Shown here one piece after another: positions 10,010-20,318 of a DNA stretch of 64,000 nucleotides. A program made the translations under genes and the position numbers. The stretch spans positions 608,001 through 672,000 of the forward strand of contig CAVTHO010000005.1 in NCBI GenBank assembly GCA_963734545.1. The letters are read 5' to 3'. This DNA is from an uncultured Spirochaetota bacterium. Its GTDB lineage: Bacteria > Spirochaetota > Spirochaetia > SZUA-6 > Fen-1364. Under the pieces are notes generated by a model. It saw only the letters and a list, made by a program, of their open reading frames with translations, was not told where the DNA came from and did no database searches. Within the stretch, counting starts at the first letter, position 1. Each line of letters begins with the position of its first letter.

Positions 10010-11207
10010 ATGAGCATGCAGACAAGTGCGCTTCAGGATCTCCTCAATCGTCCGATCGCGGATCAACAGGCCGCAGGCTACTCTCAAACCGCCGCTGAAA
10101 TAGCGAGCCAACCGGTTGTCTGGCAGAATACGCTCAAAGTCGTGCAGGGCCTGTTCCCGGCCCTTTCGGGATTCTGCGCAGGGGCGAATCGTCTGATTCT
10201 CACAGGGGCCGGCAGCTCATACTATCGCGGCCGTCGGCATGATGCCCCTGCTCACGCGGGCTTTCCCGTCAGTGGAGGCAATCCCCTCGACCGAGATCCT
10301 CATGGATCCAGAGTCATGCTTTCCTCGTGAGGGGTTTATCCTGGTCTCGATTGCCCGATCCGGCGACAGCCCGGAAAGCAAGGCCGTGTTCGCGCTTGCC
10401 GAACAGCTTCGGCCCCGGAAGGTGAAGCATCTCGTGATCACCTGCAACCCGGACGGAGAGCTGCTGCGCATGGGGCAGCACTGCGGCAGCCGGGCGTTCA
10501 CGCTGCTCCTCCCGGAGGAATCCAACGACAAGGGTCTGGCGATGACTGCATCGTTCACCTCCCTGTCGATTGCCGGCTTCTCTCTCGGGTTCCTCGCGGC
10601 GTCTTCAGAATACGCGGCAGTCGTGGACGGGCTCTGCAGGGCCGCTGGTCCGCTGCTGACAACCGGATCCAACCTGGCCTCCGCGGAATCCCACAATGGC
10701 TACACGCGCGCGTTCTTTCTGGGCACGCGGCCATTTTTCGGCGGAGCGCTCGAAGCGCACTTGAAAGTCCAGGAGCTCAGTGGCGGCGCGGTCGTGGCCA
10801 AGGCAGAGGATACCCTCGGTTTCCGCCACGGCCCCCTGGCCGCGGTGGACGCGCACAGCCTTGTTGTGCTTTTCCTTTCCCGCAGCTCGTACAGGCGCCG
10901 ATATGAGCTGGATCTGCTCCGAGAGCTGCACGACAAGCGCCTGGGAAAAAAGACAATCGTCGTCTGTGACGGCACCGACGGCCTGGAACAGAGTTCGTCC
11001 ACCGGTCCCGGCACCGAGGTCATCGACTATGGTCCGGCTCCGGGAGTCACGGACGAGGTGCGCACGCCTCTCCTCGCAGTAACGGGGCAGCTCCTCGGCC
11101 TGTTTTTCTCCTTGAGCGCAGGGCTGCGTCCCGACAATCCTTCCCCTTCCGGCGTCATCAGCAGGGTCGTCCAGGGTGTCCGCATTCACCCTTACGGTGA
11201 GCGGTGA
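10010..11207 (+). CDS. agaS: SIS-domain AgaS-family sugar-phosphate isomerase/deaminase (frameshift ~10226)
   Basis: TAAEIASQP, LTGAGSS, SIARSGDSPES, AMTASFTS, FRHGP, PDNPSPSGVISRVVQGVRIHPY. Confidence 0.85.
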
Positions 11208-12107
11208 TGAAGATACTCTTTGCCGGAGACGCGAACATCGATTTCCAGATGACGGGGCTGAGCTCCCTTCCCCGGGTGGACAAGGAGATACTTTGCACCG
11301 GGTTCGCAGCGGCCATCGGGGGCTCAACAACCATCTGTGCCGCTGCGTACGCCAACCTGGGGGGGAACGCGTCCTTTTGCGGACTGCTGGGAGACGACCA
11401 GAACGGGCGTCTCATGGAAAAAATGCTCCGAGACGCAGGGGTCGGGCTGGACCTCCTTCGGTTCACGCAGGAACATTCCACCGGAGTCACCGTGAACCTG
11501 GTCCATCGGCTCCACACGGACCCAGATCACCTACCCGGGGACGCTCACGACCGTGGACGAGACGGAGGTCATTCTTCAGGCGATGGGAGGCTTTTCCCAT
11601 ATCCATCTCTCAGGGGTCTATCCTCTGGCCCGTTTCCTGCCGCGGATCGGGACCGTGCTGCGCGGCGCGCGTGACGCCGGGGTCACCTCGTCCCTGGACA
11701 CCCAGTGGGATCACGAGGAGAAGTGGGTCCATCTTCCTGACTGGCTTCCTTTGCTGACGTATCTCTTTGTCAACGAAGAAGAATCCCTCTCCATCACGAA
11801 AAAGGCGGATGTCGATTCTGCCTACCGCGAGCTCGCGTCCCGCACGGCGTGTCCGCTCATCACGCGGGGTGCATCCGGTGTCCATGCGCGCGGCCGGCAT
11901 TTTCCCTCGTTCGCAGTCGAGGTGCGCGACACCACGGGCGCAGGAGACACGTTTGCCGCAGGGTTCCTTTTCGCGACGAAGGAAAAATCGATGCCGTTTG
12001 ACGACGCCGTCCGATTCGGCTGCGCCGCCGCCGCGCTCTGCTGCACCTTCACGGGCGGCGTCAGCCCGGAATTGCGCGCAGAGCGGGTCATGCGGCTCAT
12101 GAGTTGA
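11204..12107 (+). CDS. PfkB-family carbohydrate kinase (frameshift ~11506)
   Basis: IGGSTTICAAAYANLG...GDDQNG and DTTGAGDTFAAGF across two frames. Confidence 0.88.
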
Positions 12108-12176
12108 GGCGATCCAACGCAGCGGCCTGCCAGGGGCACGGCGCTGCGGAAAAACCATGGTGCGAAGGAGGTGTGT

Positions 12177-13427
12177 ATGAAGAGACAGGGTTTGGTTTTC
12201 CTTGCGTTCCTCTTGATCGGCGCATCGGTGTGTGCCCAGGAGACCATCACGGTCATCTTTCCCAAACACGAGGCGGACCTCAGCGGGGCATTTGCCGCCC
12301 GGGTAAAGGATTTCGAGGCGGCTTCCAAGGTCACCGTCAACCTGATCCAGATGGGGTGGGACGACGTGAACAACAAGCTGACCGCGGAGATGGCCAGCGG
12401 AGGCAGTGCATACGACGTCGTCGAGTTCGACAACGGCAACGTGGCTGCCTGGCTGGGCGCCAACTGGGTGGAGCCTCTGGATGCGTACATGCCGAAGAGC
12501 TTCACCAGGGGCATGATTCCCGGTCTCGTGGATCTCTTCTCCGGGGCGGACGGGAAGCTGTACGGAATCGTGTGGAACAATGACACGCGCTTCTTCTTCT
12601 ACAATGCGGCCATGCTGAAGAAAGCGGGAATCGCCAATCCGCCGCGGACGTGGGACGAGCTGATTGCCCAGAGCAGGATTCTCCAGAGCAAGGGCATTGC
12701 CAGGTACGGCATGGCCGGGTTCTGGAAGGCCGAGTGGGCGCTGGCGAACGATTTCCATTTCTACGCCTATGCGTTCGGCGGAAAGGTCGTGGACAAATCC
12801 GGAGCTTTCCTTTTCAAGAACGATCCGAACACCCTGGCGGCTGTCCAGCTCATGGTGCGGATGCTCAAGGAGGGGATCGTCGATCCCGCCTCTCTCACCT
12901 ATGACCAGGAGGCGGTCAACAACGTCTTCCTCAAGGGAGACGTCGCCTTCCTCAGTCAGGGAATCCCGGGGATCATGGCGTATGCCCAGGACCCGGCCCG
13001 TTCGAAGGTCGTGGACCAGATCAAAGTGGGTCTCGTGCCGGGCGGGAAGATCGGAGTGTCCGCCGCACTGACCCTGCCGGAGGCGTATGCCATTCCCAGG
13101 GGCTCGCGGAACAAGGCCGCTGCGTGGAAGTTCATCGCGTACATGACCAGCAGGGAGTCGAACAAGAAGCTCGCCCAGGCCATCGGCATTCTGCCCATCT
13201 GGACGGACCTGTACACGGACAGGGACCTGGTGAAGCTCTATCCCTACTGGGCGGACTTCTCCAAGCAGATGGCAAGCGCCCAGGGACTGTCCGTCATCAC
13301 CTGGTACAACAACTTTGTCGACGTGTGCATCGCCGAGACGCAGAAGATGCTGGCCGGCAAGCTGGAGCCCCGACAGGCGCTCGCCGAGATGGCGGATCTT
13401 CTGAAGGACTATCAGGGCAAGCCATAG
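12177..13427 (+). CDS. Sugar ABC transporter substrate-binding protein
   Basis: Signal peptide, DGKLYGIVW...FYNAAMLKKAGIANPPRTWDEL, AAGGAGG SD. Confidence 0.9.
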   Translation: MKRQGLVFLAFLLIGASVCAQETITVIFPKHEADLSGAFAARVKDFEAASKVTVNLIQMGWDDVNNKLTAEMASGGSAYDVVEFDNGNVAAWLGANWVEPLDAYMPKSFTRGMIPGLVDLFSGADGKLYGIVWNNDTRFFFYNAAMLKKAGIANPPRTWDELIAQSRILQSKGIARYGMAGFWKAEWALANDFHFYAYAFGGKVVDKSGAFLFKNDPNTLAAVQLMVRMLKEGIVDPASLTYDQEAVNNVFLKGDVAFLSQGIPGIMAYAQDPARSKVVDQIKVGLVPGGKIGVSAALTLPEAYAIPRGSRNKAAAWKFIAYMTSRESNKKLAQAIGILPIWTDLYTDRDLVKLYPYWADFSKQMASAQGLSVITWYNNFVDVCIAETQKMLAGKLEPRQALAEMADLLKDYQGKP

Positions 13428-13440
13428 GGTGCGGTGAGGA

Positions 13441-14337
13441 GTGTTCAACCCGTTGACGATGGATGAACCTCGGAGGCTGGGCGTCGTTCTGGTGGCGCCC
13501 TCCCTCCTCATTGTCTTCGGCTTCCTGCTGTTCCCCTTTGCCTATTCACTTGTCCTGAGTCTCATGAATTACGATCTTGCGCGGCCGCAGGGCAACGGCT
13601 TCGCCGGTCTCTCGAACTACTTTCGCCTCACGCAGGACAAGTACTTCGTCAACTCGGTGCTCGTCACTCTCGTGTTCAGCTTCGCTTCCGTCGCGCTGGA
13701 GATCGTGCTCGGCGTGGCGATTGCGCTCGTGATGAACCAGAAGTTCCGGGGCAGGGGCCTGCTCCGCGCGCTCATCATCATTCCCTGGGCGCTTCCGTCC
13801 ATCGTCAATGCGTCCATGTGGAGCTGGATCCTGAACGCCAACTACGGCGCCTTGAACGCGCTCCTCTCCCAGCTGGGACTGATCCATGCTTACCGGCCGT
13901 GGATCGCCGACCCGGGATGGGCCATGGTGATGATCGTGCTCGCCAATGTCTGGAAGGAGACGCCCTTCACCATCATCCTCGTCCTGGCCGCGCTGCAGGG
14001 AGTGCCTCCCCACCTGATGGAAGCTGCCGTGGTGGACGGCGCGGGGGCAATCCGGAGATTCATCAACGTCACCCTGCCCCTGATCCTGCAGATCGTCATG
14101 ATCTGCGCGCTGCTGCAGATCATCTGGAGCCTTCTGCATACATTCGAGCTGGTCTACGTGGTGACCCGCGGCGGCCCCTTCAATTCAACGGACATCATCC
14201 CCATGAGAATCTACTGGCAGACCTTCAAGGCGCTGCGGTTCGGATACGGCGCGTCCATGGCATACCTTGCCGCGCTTGCCCTGCTGGTGCCGGGCATCTT
14301 CTACATCCGCTTTGCGTACAAGGCCACGGTGGAATGA
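13441..14337 (+). CDS. Sugar ABC transporter permease
   Basis: GLSNY, EAAVVDGAG motif, TRGGP. Confidence 0.9.
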   Translation: MFNPLTMDEPRRLGVVLVAPSLLIVFGFLLFPFAYSLVLSLMNYDLARPQGNGFAGLSNYFRLTQDKYFVNSVLVTLVFSFASVALEIVLGVAIALVMNQKFRGRGLLRALIIIPWALPSIVNASMWSWILNANYGALNALLSQLGLIHAYRPWIADPGWAMVMIVLANVWKETPFTIILVLAALQGVPPHLMEAAVVDGAGAIRRFINVTLPLILQIVMICALLQIIWSLLHTFELVYVVTRGGPFNSTDIIPMRIYWQTFKALRFGYGASMAYLAALALLVPGIFYIRFAYKATVE

Positions 14338-14350
14338 GGCAAACGGAAGG

Positions 14351-15214
14351 ATGAACCGGAAGATTCACAGGATCCCTCGGCGCGTGCTGCTCTACGTGGT
14401 GGTTCTCCTCATTGCGGTCTGGGTCCTGGCTCCCTACGCATGGCTGATCATCTCTTCGATTTCGACAAAGATCGACCTTCTCGGTGTTCCCCTGAAATGG
14501 CTTCCTCCGCGCCCGACCCTTGAAAACTACAGGAGTCTCTTTGCCGGCTCGGACAGCGCGCTCAGCCAGGGCATGAGCTTCTTCTCCCGATCCATGCTCA
14601 ATTCCCTGGCAATCACCTTCTCTTCCATGGGCGCCTGCATGATCCTGGGCGTGCTGACCGCATACGCGGTGGCCCGTCTCGTGTTCCCCGGCAGGAGACT
14701 CTCCCTCATCCTGCTCATGGGCAGCTACATGATGCCGCCCATTGCCATCGTCATCCCGGGCTACATCATATTGAAGAGTCTCGGCCTGCTGGACACGCAG
14801 TTCGGGCTGGTACTGGTGAATGTCACGTTCATCCTCCCGCTCGTGGTCTGGATCATGAGGGGATTCTTCCTGAGCATTCCGCTGGAGCTGGAGGAGGCTG
14901 CCCGAATCGACGGATCGTCCCGGATGGGCGCCCTCTTCAGGATCATCCTGCCCCTTTCCGTTCCCGGCCTGGTCAGCGCGGGCGTGTTCTGCTTCATCGC
15001 ATCCTGGAACGAATACCTCTACGCGTTTCTCTACACGTCCATGCAGGCCAGGACCCTTCCGGTGCTGATCGGGGAGTTCACGACAAAGGTGGGAACCGAC
15101 TATCTCAAGATGGCGGCAGCCGGGGTCGTGGCGAGCGCCCCTCCTGTCCTTCTGGCCCTCGTGTTCCAGCGCTTCCTGATTCGCGGTCTCACCGAAGGCG
15201 CGGTGAAAGGGTAG
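14351..15214 (+). CDS. Sugar ABC transporter permease
   Basis: PTLENY, EEAARIDG, WNEYL, GLTEGAVKG. Confidence 0.9.
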   Translation: MNRKIHRIPRRVLLYVVVLLIAVWVLAPYAWLIISSISTKIDLLGVPLKWLPPRPTLENYRSLFAGSDSALSQGMSFFSRSMLNSLAITFSSMGACMILGVLTAYAVARLVFPGRRLSLILLMGSYMMPPIAIVIPGYIILKSLGLLDTQFGLVLVNVTFILPLVVWIMRGFFLSIPLELEEAARIDGSSRMGALFRIILPLSVPGLVSAGVFCFIASWNEYLYAFLYTSMQARTLPVLIGEFTTKVGTDYLKMAAAGVVASAPPVLLALVFQRFLIRGLTEGAVKG

Positions 15215-15274
15215 TACAGCGCGCCGCAGGGCGCTGTCCTTGACTCTGCCGGGGGACGTTGCGACCTTGGATCC

Positions 15275-16921
15275 ATGGCAGACGACGTAAGGAAAAGAAT
15301 CGCCGATCTCTTTCCACGGTCGGAAGACGTGCCCGCTGACGCCGATTTCGCGCCCGGGCAGGGCCGTTACGACAAGGGCATCCTCTACCTGGTGGACGGC
15401 AGGGTGCGGAGTTGGGAGGGGAGGAGCGCCGAAGCCCTCTCCGCGGTCTGCACCAGGGATGGAGCCGGCCGTGTCTCCCCGCGCCCGCTCGGGCCGGAGG
15501 CCCGGCTGGACAGGACGGCCGCCCTCGGAGCGCTGGAGGCGGCCCGCAGCGCGTGGGACCACGGCCGCGGCCGCTGGCCCACCATGCGCGTCGGCGCCCG
15601 GGTGGAGGCGCTGCAGCTTTTTGTGTCCCGCATGAGGGCGGTGCGGGAGGAGACGGTCCGTCTCCTCATGTGGGAGATCGGCAAGAGCCGCGCCGACAGC
15701 GAGAAGGAGTTCGACCGGACCGTCCAGTACATCGTGGACACGATCGAGGCGCTCAAGGAGACCGATCGGGCAGGAGCCCGGTTCTCCACGAACGATGGCG
15801 TCCTTGCCCACATCCGGCGCGCGCCGCTCGGCGTGGTGCTCTGCATGGGCCCATTCAACTATCCGCTGAACGAGACCTTCACGACCCTCATCCCGGCGCT
15901 TGCGATGGGAAACACGGTAGTCGTGAAACTGCCTCGCTATGGCGCACTCTGTCAGGCTCCGCTCCTGGCCTGCTTCGCGGAGAGCTTTCCCGCCGGTGTC
16001 GTGAACATCGTCAACGGGGAAGGGAGGGAGGTGGCGGGACCGATCGTCGAGACCGGGGAGATCGCGTCCCTCGCCTTTATCGGCAGCTCGCACACGGCGA
16101 ACGACCTCAAGCGCCGTCATCCGATGCCCAATCGTCTTCGCTGCATCCTCGGCCTGGATGCGAAGAATCCCGCCATCGTGCTCGAAGACGCGGACCTGGA
16201 CCTGGCCGTCGCGGAGTGCGTGACCGGCGCGCTCTCCTTCAACGGGCAGCGCTGCACGGCGCTGAAGCTCCTGTTCGTGCATCGCGCCGTGTCCGAGAGA
16301 TTCGTGGCAAAGCTCGCCGACGCGGTGGACGCTCTCCCTTTCGGGATGCCATGGGAAAAGGGGGTGCGGATCACGCCCCTGCCTGCCCGGGACCGGGTGG
16401 CGAAAATGCAGAGCCTCGTGGCAGACGCGCAATCAAGAGGCGCACAAGTCGTCAACCGCCGCGGAGGGCTCACAAACGCCACCTTCCATTTTCCCTCTGT
16501 CGTGTATCCCGTCACGACCGCAATGGAATTGTATTCCGTTGAGCAGTTCGGTCCGGTTGTGCCTGTCGCTGTCTTCGACGACATCCAGGAGGTTTTCACG
16601 GCGATCGTGGCGTCCAGCTACGGGCAGCAGGCAAGCGTCTTCGGCACCGATCCCCGGCGGATAGGCCCTCTCATCGACGCGCTGGCCAACCAGGTCTGCC
16701 GGGTGAATCTCAACGCGCAATGCCAGCGCGGGCCGGATGTCTACCCCTTTGCCGGACGCAAGGACAGCGCGGAGGGAACCCTCTCGGTTTCCGACGCCCT
16801 GCGCTGCTTCTCCATCCGCTCCATGGTCGCGGCGCCGGGAACCGAGGCCAACACGGGGCTGCTGCGGGACATCGTGAGAGAGCGGACCTCCAATTTCGTG
16901 AACACGGACTACCTGTTCTAG
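15275..16921 (+). CDS. gapN: NADP-dependent non-phosphorylating glyceraldehyde-3-phosphate dehydrogenase (ALDH family)
   Basis: PFNYPLNETF, FNGQRCTALK, EQFGP, CQRGPDVYPFAGRKDSAEGTLSV. Confidence 0.85.
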   Translation: MADDVRKRIADLFPRSEDVPADADFAPGQGRYDKGILYLVDGRVRSWEGRSAEALSAVCTRDGAGRVSPRPLGPEARLDRTAALGALEAARSAWDHGRGRWPTMRVGARVEALQLFVSRMRAVREETVRLLMWEIGKSRADSEKEFDRTVQYIVDTIEALKETDRAGARFSTNDGVLAHIRRAPLGVVLCMGPFNYPLNETFTTLIPALAMGNTVVVKLPRYGALCQAPLLACFAESFPAGVVNIVNGEGREVAGPIVETGEIASLAFIGSSHTANDLKRRHPMPNRLRCILGLDAKNPAIVLEDADLDLAVAECVTGALSFNGQRCTALKLLFVHRAVSERFVAKLADAVDALPFGMPWEKGVRITPLPARDRVAKMQSLVADAQSRGAQVVNRRGGLTNATFHFPSVVYPVTTAMELYSVEQFGPVVPVAVFDDIQEVFTAIVASSYGQQASVFGTDPRRIGPLIDALANQVCRVNLNAQCQRGPDVYPFAGRKDSAEGTLSVSDALRCFSIRSMVAAPGTEANTGLLRDIVRERTSNFVNTDYLF

Positions 16922-17001
16922 CGGCCATGCGGCAAGGGACGCCCGGCTCTGGCGGCCGTGTTCCCTTTCGTGCTTGAATGGGGAGCAGAGGGAGTCCTCG
17001 C

Positions 17002-18789
17002 ATGAAAAATAGGTTCGGGCGGTTCGCGTTGCGGACAAGTCTCCTGTACGCGCTTATTGCGGGTCTGTGGATACTGCTCTCCGACCGCCTTCTCACGGCA
17101 CTCGTATCGAATCGCGAAATGCTCATGGAGGCGCAAACCTACAAAGGATGGGGGTTTGTCGCCGTCACCGCGCTCTTGCTGTACGTCCTGGTGCGCGCGC
17201 AGCTCCTGAGAGGGGAAAAGGAGGTTGCCGCGCGCAGGCTGGCGCAGGAACGGCTGCGGGAGAGCGAGATGCGATTTCGGCAATTCTCGGAGATTTCAAC
17301 CGAAGGCATCATCCTCCACAGCCACGGGGTGATCAACGACACCAACACCGCGCTCGCCCGGATGTTCGGCTACCAGCCCGAGGAGCTGGTCGGGATGAAC
17401 CCGCTGCTGCTCGTGGCCGAAGAGTCGCGCGAAGCTCTGGCCCGCGGTCTCGCCGGCGACGCCGCGGCGGCCATGGAGGCGACAGGGCTGCGCAAGGACG
17501 GCACCTCGTTCCCCCTCGAAGTGGAACCGCGATCCTATCTCGCGCGGGGAGGGGAGATGCGCTTCGTCTGCTGCCGTGACATCACCGAGCGCAAGCGGCT
17601 GGAGACCGAGCGCGTGGATCTGCAAAGGCAGCTCCTGCATACGCAGAAGCTGGAAAGCCTCGGCGTTCTTGCGGGGGGCATCGCGCACGATTTCAACAAT
17701 CTCCTCATGGCGGTGCACGGAAACCTCGAGCTCGCGCGCGCGGACCTGCCTGCCCCTTCAGCGGGGCGCGCCAGCCTGGAGCGGGCCATCCATGCCGCGC
17801 GCCGGGCCGCCGATCTGACGCGCGCAATGCTCGCATACTCGGGGAGGGGACGGTTCGAGGTCTCGCGGGTGGACCTGAACGATCTCGTGCGGGAAAACGC
17901 GGATCTCTTCCGCTCCGCCGTGGCGCGGAACGTGACGTTGAGCCTCTCCCTGACCGATATGCCCGCAACGATCGAGGCCGACACGGGACAGGTGCAGCAG
18001 GTCATCATGAATCTCATCACGAATGCGTCGGAAGCGATCGGCGATGCCCCGGGGGAGATCAGGATCACCACCGCCCTGATGGAACGGGACACGGATTTCC
18101 TGGGCCGCAGCCGGACCATCGAGAAACCGCTTCCCGGACTCTACGCGTGCCTCGAGGTGACGGACACGGGCCGGGGGATGGACGAGGCCACGCTTCAGCG
18201 CCTGTTCGATCCCTTCTTCACCACAAAGTTCACCGGCCGGGGCCTGGGAATGTCGGCCGTGCTCGGGATCGTCCGGGGACACAAGGGCGCGATCATGGTG
18301 GACAGCGTCCAGGGCAGGGGGACGACTGTCCATGTCCTGTTTCCCGCCGTCGGCGCTGCGGCAGCGCAACCGGCCGCGCCGTCCGACCGCCCGGACGAGC
18401 CGGTCGGCGTTTCCCTCTCCGGGATGGTGCTCGTCGTGGATGACGAGAAGGCGGTGCGGGACGTCGGGATCGCCCTCGTCTCCTATCTCGGTTTCAAGCC
18501 CATCGGCGCGGCCGATGGAGAGGAAGCGCTGCAATTGTTCGAGGCTCATGGCGAGGAGCTGGCCTTCGTGCTGCTCGACATGACCATGCCCCGGATGGAC
18601 GGGATCACGGCGCTGCGGGAGATGAAGCGCCGGAGGCCGGACGCGCGCGTGATACTGTGCAGCGGCTTCGGCGAGCATGATGCGGCGGAACGCTTTTCGG
18701 CCGAAGGAGCGGCAGGCTTCATCCAGAAGCCGTACGGCCTGGAACAGCTGAAGACCACGATCCTCGCGGTGCTCGGTCCCCCGAGCTGA
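17002..18789 (+). CDS. Membrane hybrid histidine kinase (TM-PAS-HisKA-HATPase-REC)
   Basis: AHDFNNLL, FFTTKFTGRGLGM, C-terminal LLDMTMPRMDG. Confidence 0.92.
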   Translation: MKNRFGRFALRTSLLYALIAGLWILLSDRLLTALVSNREMLMEAQTYKGWGFVAVTALLLYVLVRAQLLRGEKEVAARRLAQERLRESEMRFRQFSEISTEGIILHSHGVINDTNTALARMFGYQPEELVGMNPLLLVAEESREALARGLAGDAAAAMEATGLRKDGTSFPLEVEPRSYLARGGEMRFVCCRDITERKRLETERVDLQRQLLHTQKLESLGVLAGGIAHDFNNLLMAVHGNLELARADLPAPSAGRASLERAIHAARRAADLTRAMLAYSGRGRFEVSRVDLNDLVRENADLFRSAVARNVTLSLSLTDMPATIEADTGQVQQVIMNLITNASEAIGDAPGEIRITTALMERDTDFLGRSRTIEKPLPGLYACLEVTDTGRGMDEATLQRLFDPFFTTKFTGRGLGMSAVLGIVRGHKGAIMVDSVQGRGTTVHVLFPAVGAAAAQPAAPSDRPDEPVGVSLSGMVLVVDDEKAVRDVGIALVSYLGFKPIGAADGEEALQLFEAHGEELAFVLLDMTMPRMDGITALREMKRRRPDARVILCSGFGEHDAAERFSAEGAAGFIQKPYGLEQLKTTILAVLGPPS

Positions 18790-18837
18790 AAAGCCTCTGA
18801 TGACAGCGCGCGAAACGCACTGGGTACAGTGCATGGG

Positions 18838-18866
18838 TTGAAGCACGCCGGCGGCGCCACTATAAT
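18838..18866 (+). promoter_or_regulatory. sigma-70 promoter
   Basis: TTGAAG-17bp-TATAAT. Confidence 0.7.
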
Positions 18867-18872
18867 CGTGCA

Positions 18873-20318
18873 ATCGGAACACCCGTAAAGACCGCAATCC
18901 TTGCACTCCTGATCGCCGTCTCGGTCGCTGCCACGCTCCTGTTTCGACTGGTGGTGCACAGCGGCGCGCTCTACACGCATTTCATGTACCTCCCCATCGC
19001 GGTCGCCTGCATGTGGTGGGGAGTGCGCGGCATGGGTGTTGCCGTCGGGCTTGCCTGCGTGATTCTCTCGATGCACGCCTTCGGCATCGCTCCCGAGAGC
19101 ATCTGGAATGACGTCGTGCGAAGCGTTTTTTTTCTCATGGTGGCCTACGTCGTCGGACGCCTGCGGGACATGATCAGCACCGGCAGGGAAGCCCTCGCCA
19201 GGTCCGAGGGCGCCAGTCGCTCGATTCTCGAGAGCACGACAACGGGTGTGCTCATCCACCGGGACGGTCTCGTGGTCTTTGCCAACGAGCGGCTCGCCCG
19301 GCTCCTCGGCAGGGAGCCCGGGTCCATGGTCGGCGCGCCCCTCGAAGCGTTCCTGGGCCGCGAGGAGAGCCGGCCCCTGCGCGCCCCTCTGGAGGGCTCC
19401 GAGCTCCCGCGCGAGATGCCGCTCGTGCGCCGGGACGGCTCACAGGTCTGGGTGGAGGCAGCGGGTTCCCGCGTGGACTTCGCGGGGGTCGAGGCGGTGA
19501 TGATCAGCGTCACGGATCTGACCGCCCGCAGGGAGGCGGAGGAGAAGCGGCGGGAGCTGGTGGACCTGTCGCGCCGGCAGGAAGAGCAGCTCGAGCATTC
19601 CACGCGCCTGGCGGAGCTGGGGGAGATGGCCGCGGCAATTTCCCATGAGCTCAACCAGCCGCTCACCGGTATCAGGAACTACGCGCGCAATGCGTTCTAC
19701 ATGATCGATCAGAAGGCGGGAGGCGAGGAGGAAGTGAAGACCAACCTGCGCCTGATCTCGGAACAGGTTGACCGGGCCGCGAAGATCATCAACCAGATGC
19801 GCGAGCTCACGCGCAGATCGGACAGCACGTTCGTTCTCCTGGAGCTGAACAGCGTGATCCGTGAGTCCGTGGAGTTCATGCTCCCGCAGATGCGGCTTTC
19901 GGAGGTGACGGTGAGCATCCAGCTTGCGGACAACCTGCCTCCCCTCTGGGGAGACAGGGTCCGTCTGGCCCAGGTCTTCCTCAACCTGCTTTCCAATGCG
20001 CGCCAGGCCATGGAAGGCGCCGCGGTGCGGCGCCTCACCCTCACGAGCCGGTATGAAGCGGAGGCCGCCTTTCCTGTGGTCGTGCAGGTGAGCGACACGG
20101 GCAAGGGCTTCACCGAGGACCAGGGGCGCAGGTTCTTCCAGCCCTTCTATACCACCCGCAAGGGAGGTCATGGCCTCGGTCTTTCCATCTCCCGCGCGAT
20201 CATCCAGGACCACAGGGGAGCGATAGAGGTGTCAGGCGCCCCCGGCACGGGCGCGACCTTCACGATACGGCTGCCCACGGCCCCGCGCGCGCCGGGACAG
20301 CCGGGGAGAGAAACGTGA
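18873..20318 (+). CDS. Membrane PAS histidine kinase (NtrB/DctB-like), start uncertain (18873 or 18951)
   Basis: TM helices, PAS, ISHELNQPL, GHGLGL. Open frame with a TM helix extends 5' to 18873. Confidence 0.88.
   Translation: MGTPVKTAILALLIAVSVAATLLFRLVVHSGALYTHFMYLPIAVACMWWGVRGMGVAVGLACVILSMHAFGIAPESIWNDVVRSVFFLMVAYVVGRLRDMISTGREALARSEGASRSILESTTTGVLIHRDGLVVFANERLARLLGREPGSMVGAPLEAFLGREESRPLRAPLEGSELPREMPLVRRDGSQVWVEAAGSRVDFAGVEAVMISVTDLTARREAEEKRRELVDLSRRQEEQLEHSTRLAELGEMAAAISHELNQPLTGIRNYARNAFYMIDQKAGGEEEVKTNLRLISEQVDRAAKIINQMRELTRRSDSTFVLLELNSVIRESVEFMLPQMRLSEVTVSIQLADNLPPLWGDRVRLAQVFLNLLSNARQAMEGAAVRRLTLTSRYEAEAAFPVVVQVSDTGKGFTEDQGRRFFQPFYTTRKGGHGLGLSISRAIIQDHRGAIEVSGAPGTGATFTIRLPTAPRAPGQPGRET

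Noticed and set aside
12113-12149. Stem-loop before the sugar-binding protein gene as a riboswitch
   Set aside because: Too short and no aptamer motifs; likely an intercistronic stabilizer.
16130-16170. GapN LGLDAKN in place of ALDH LELGGK
   Set aside because: Appears typical of this long GapN subfamily.
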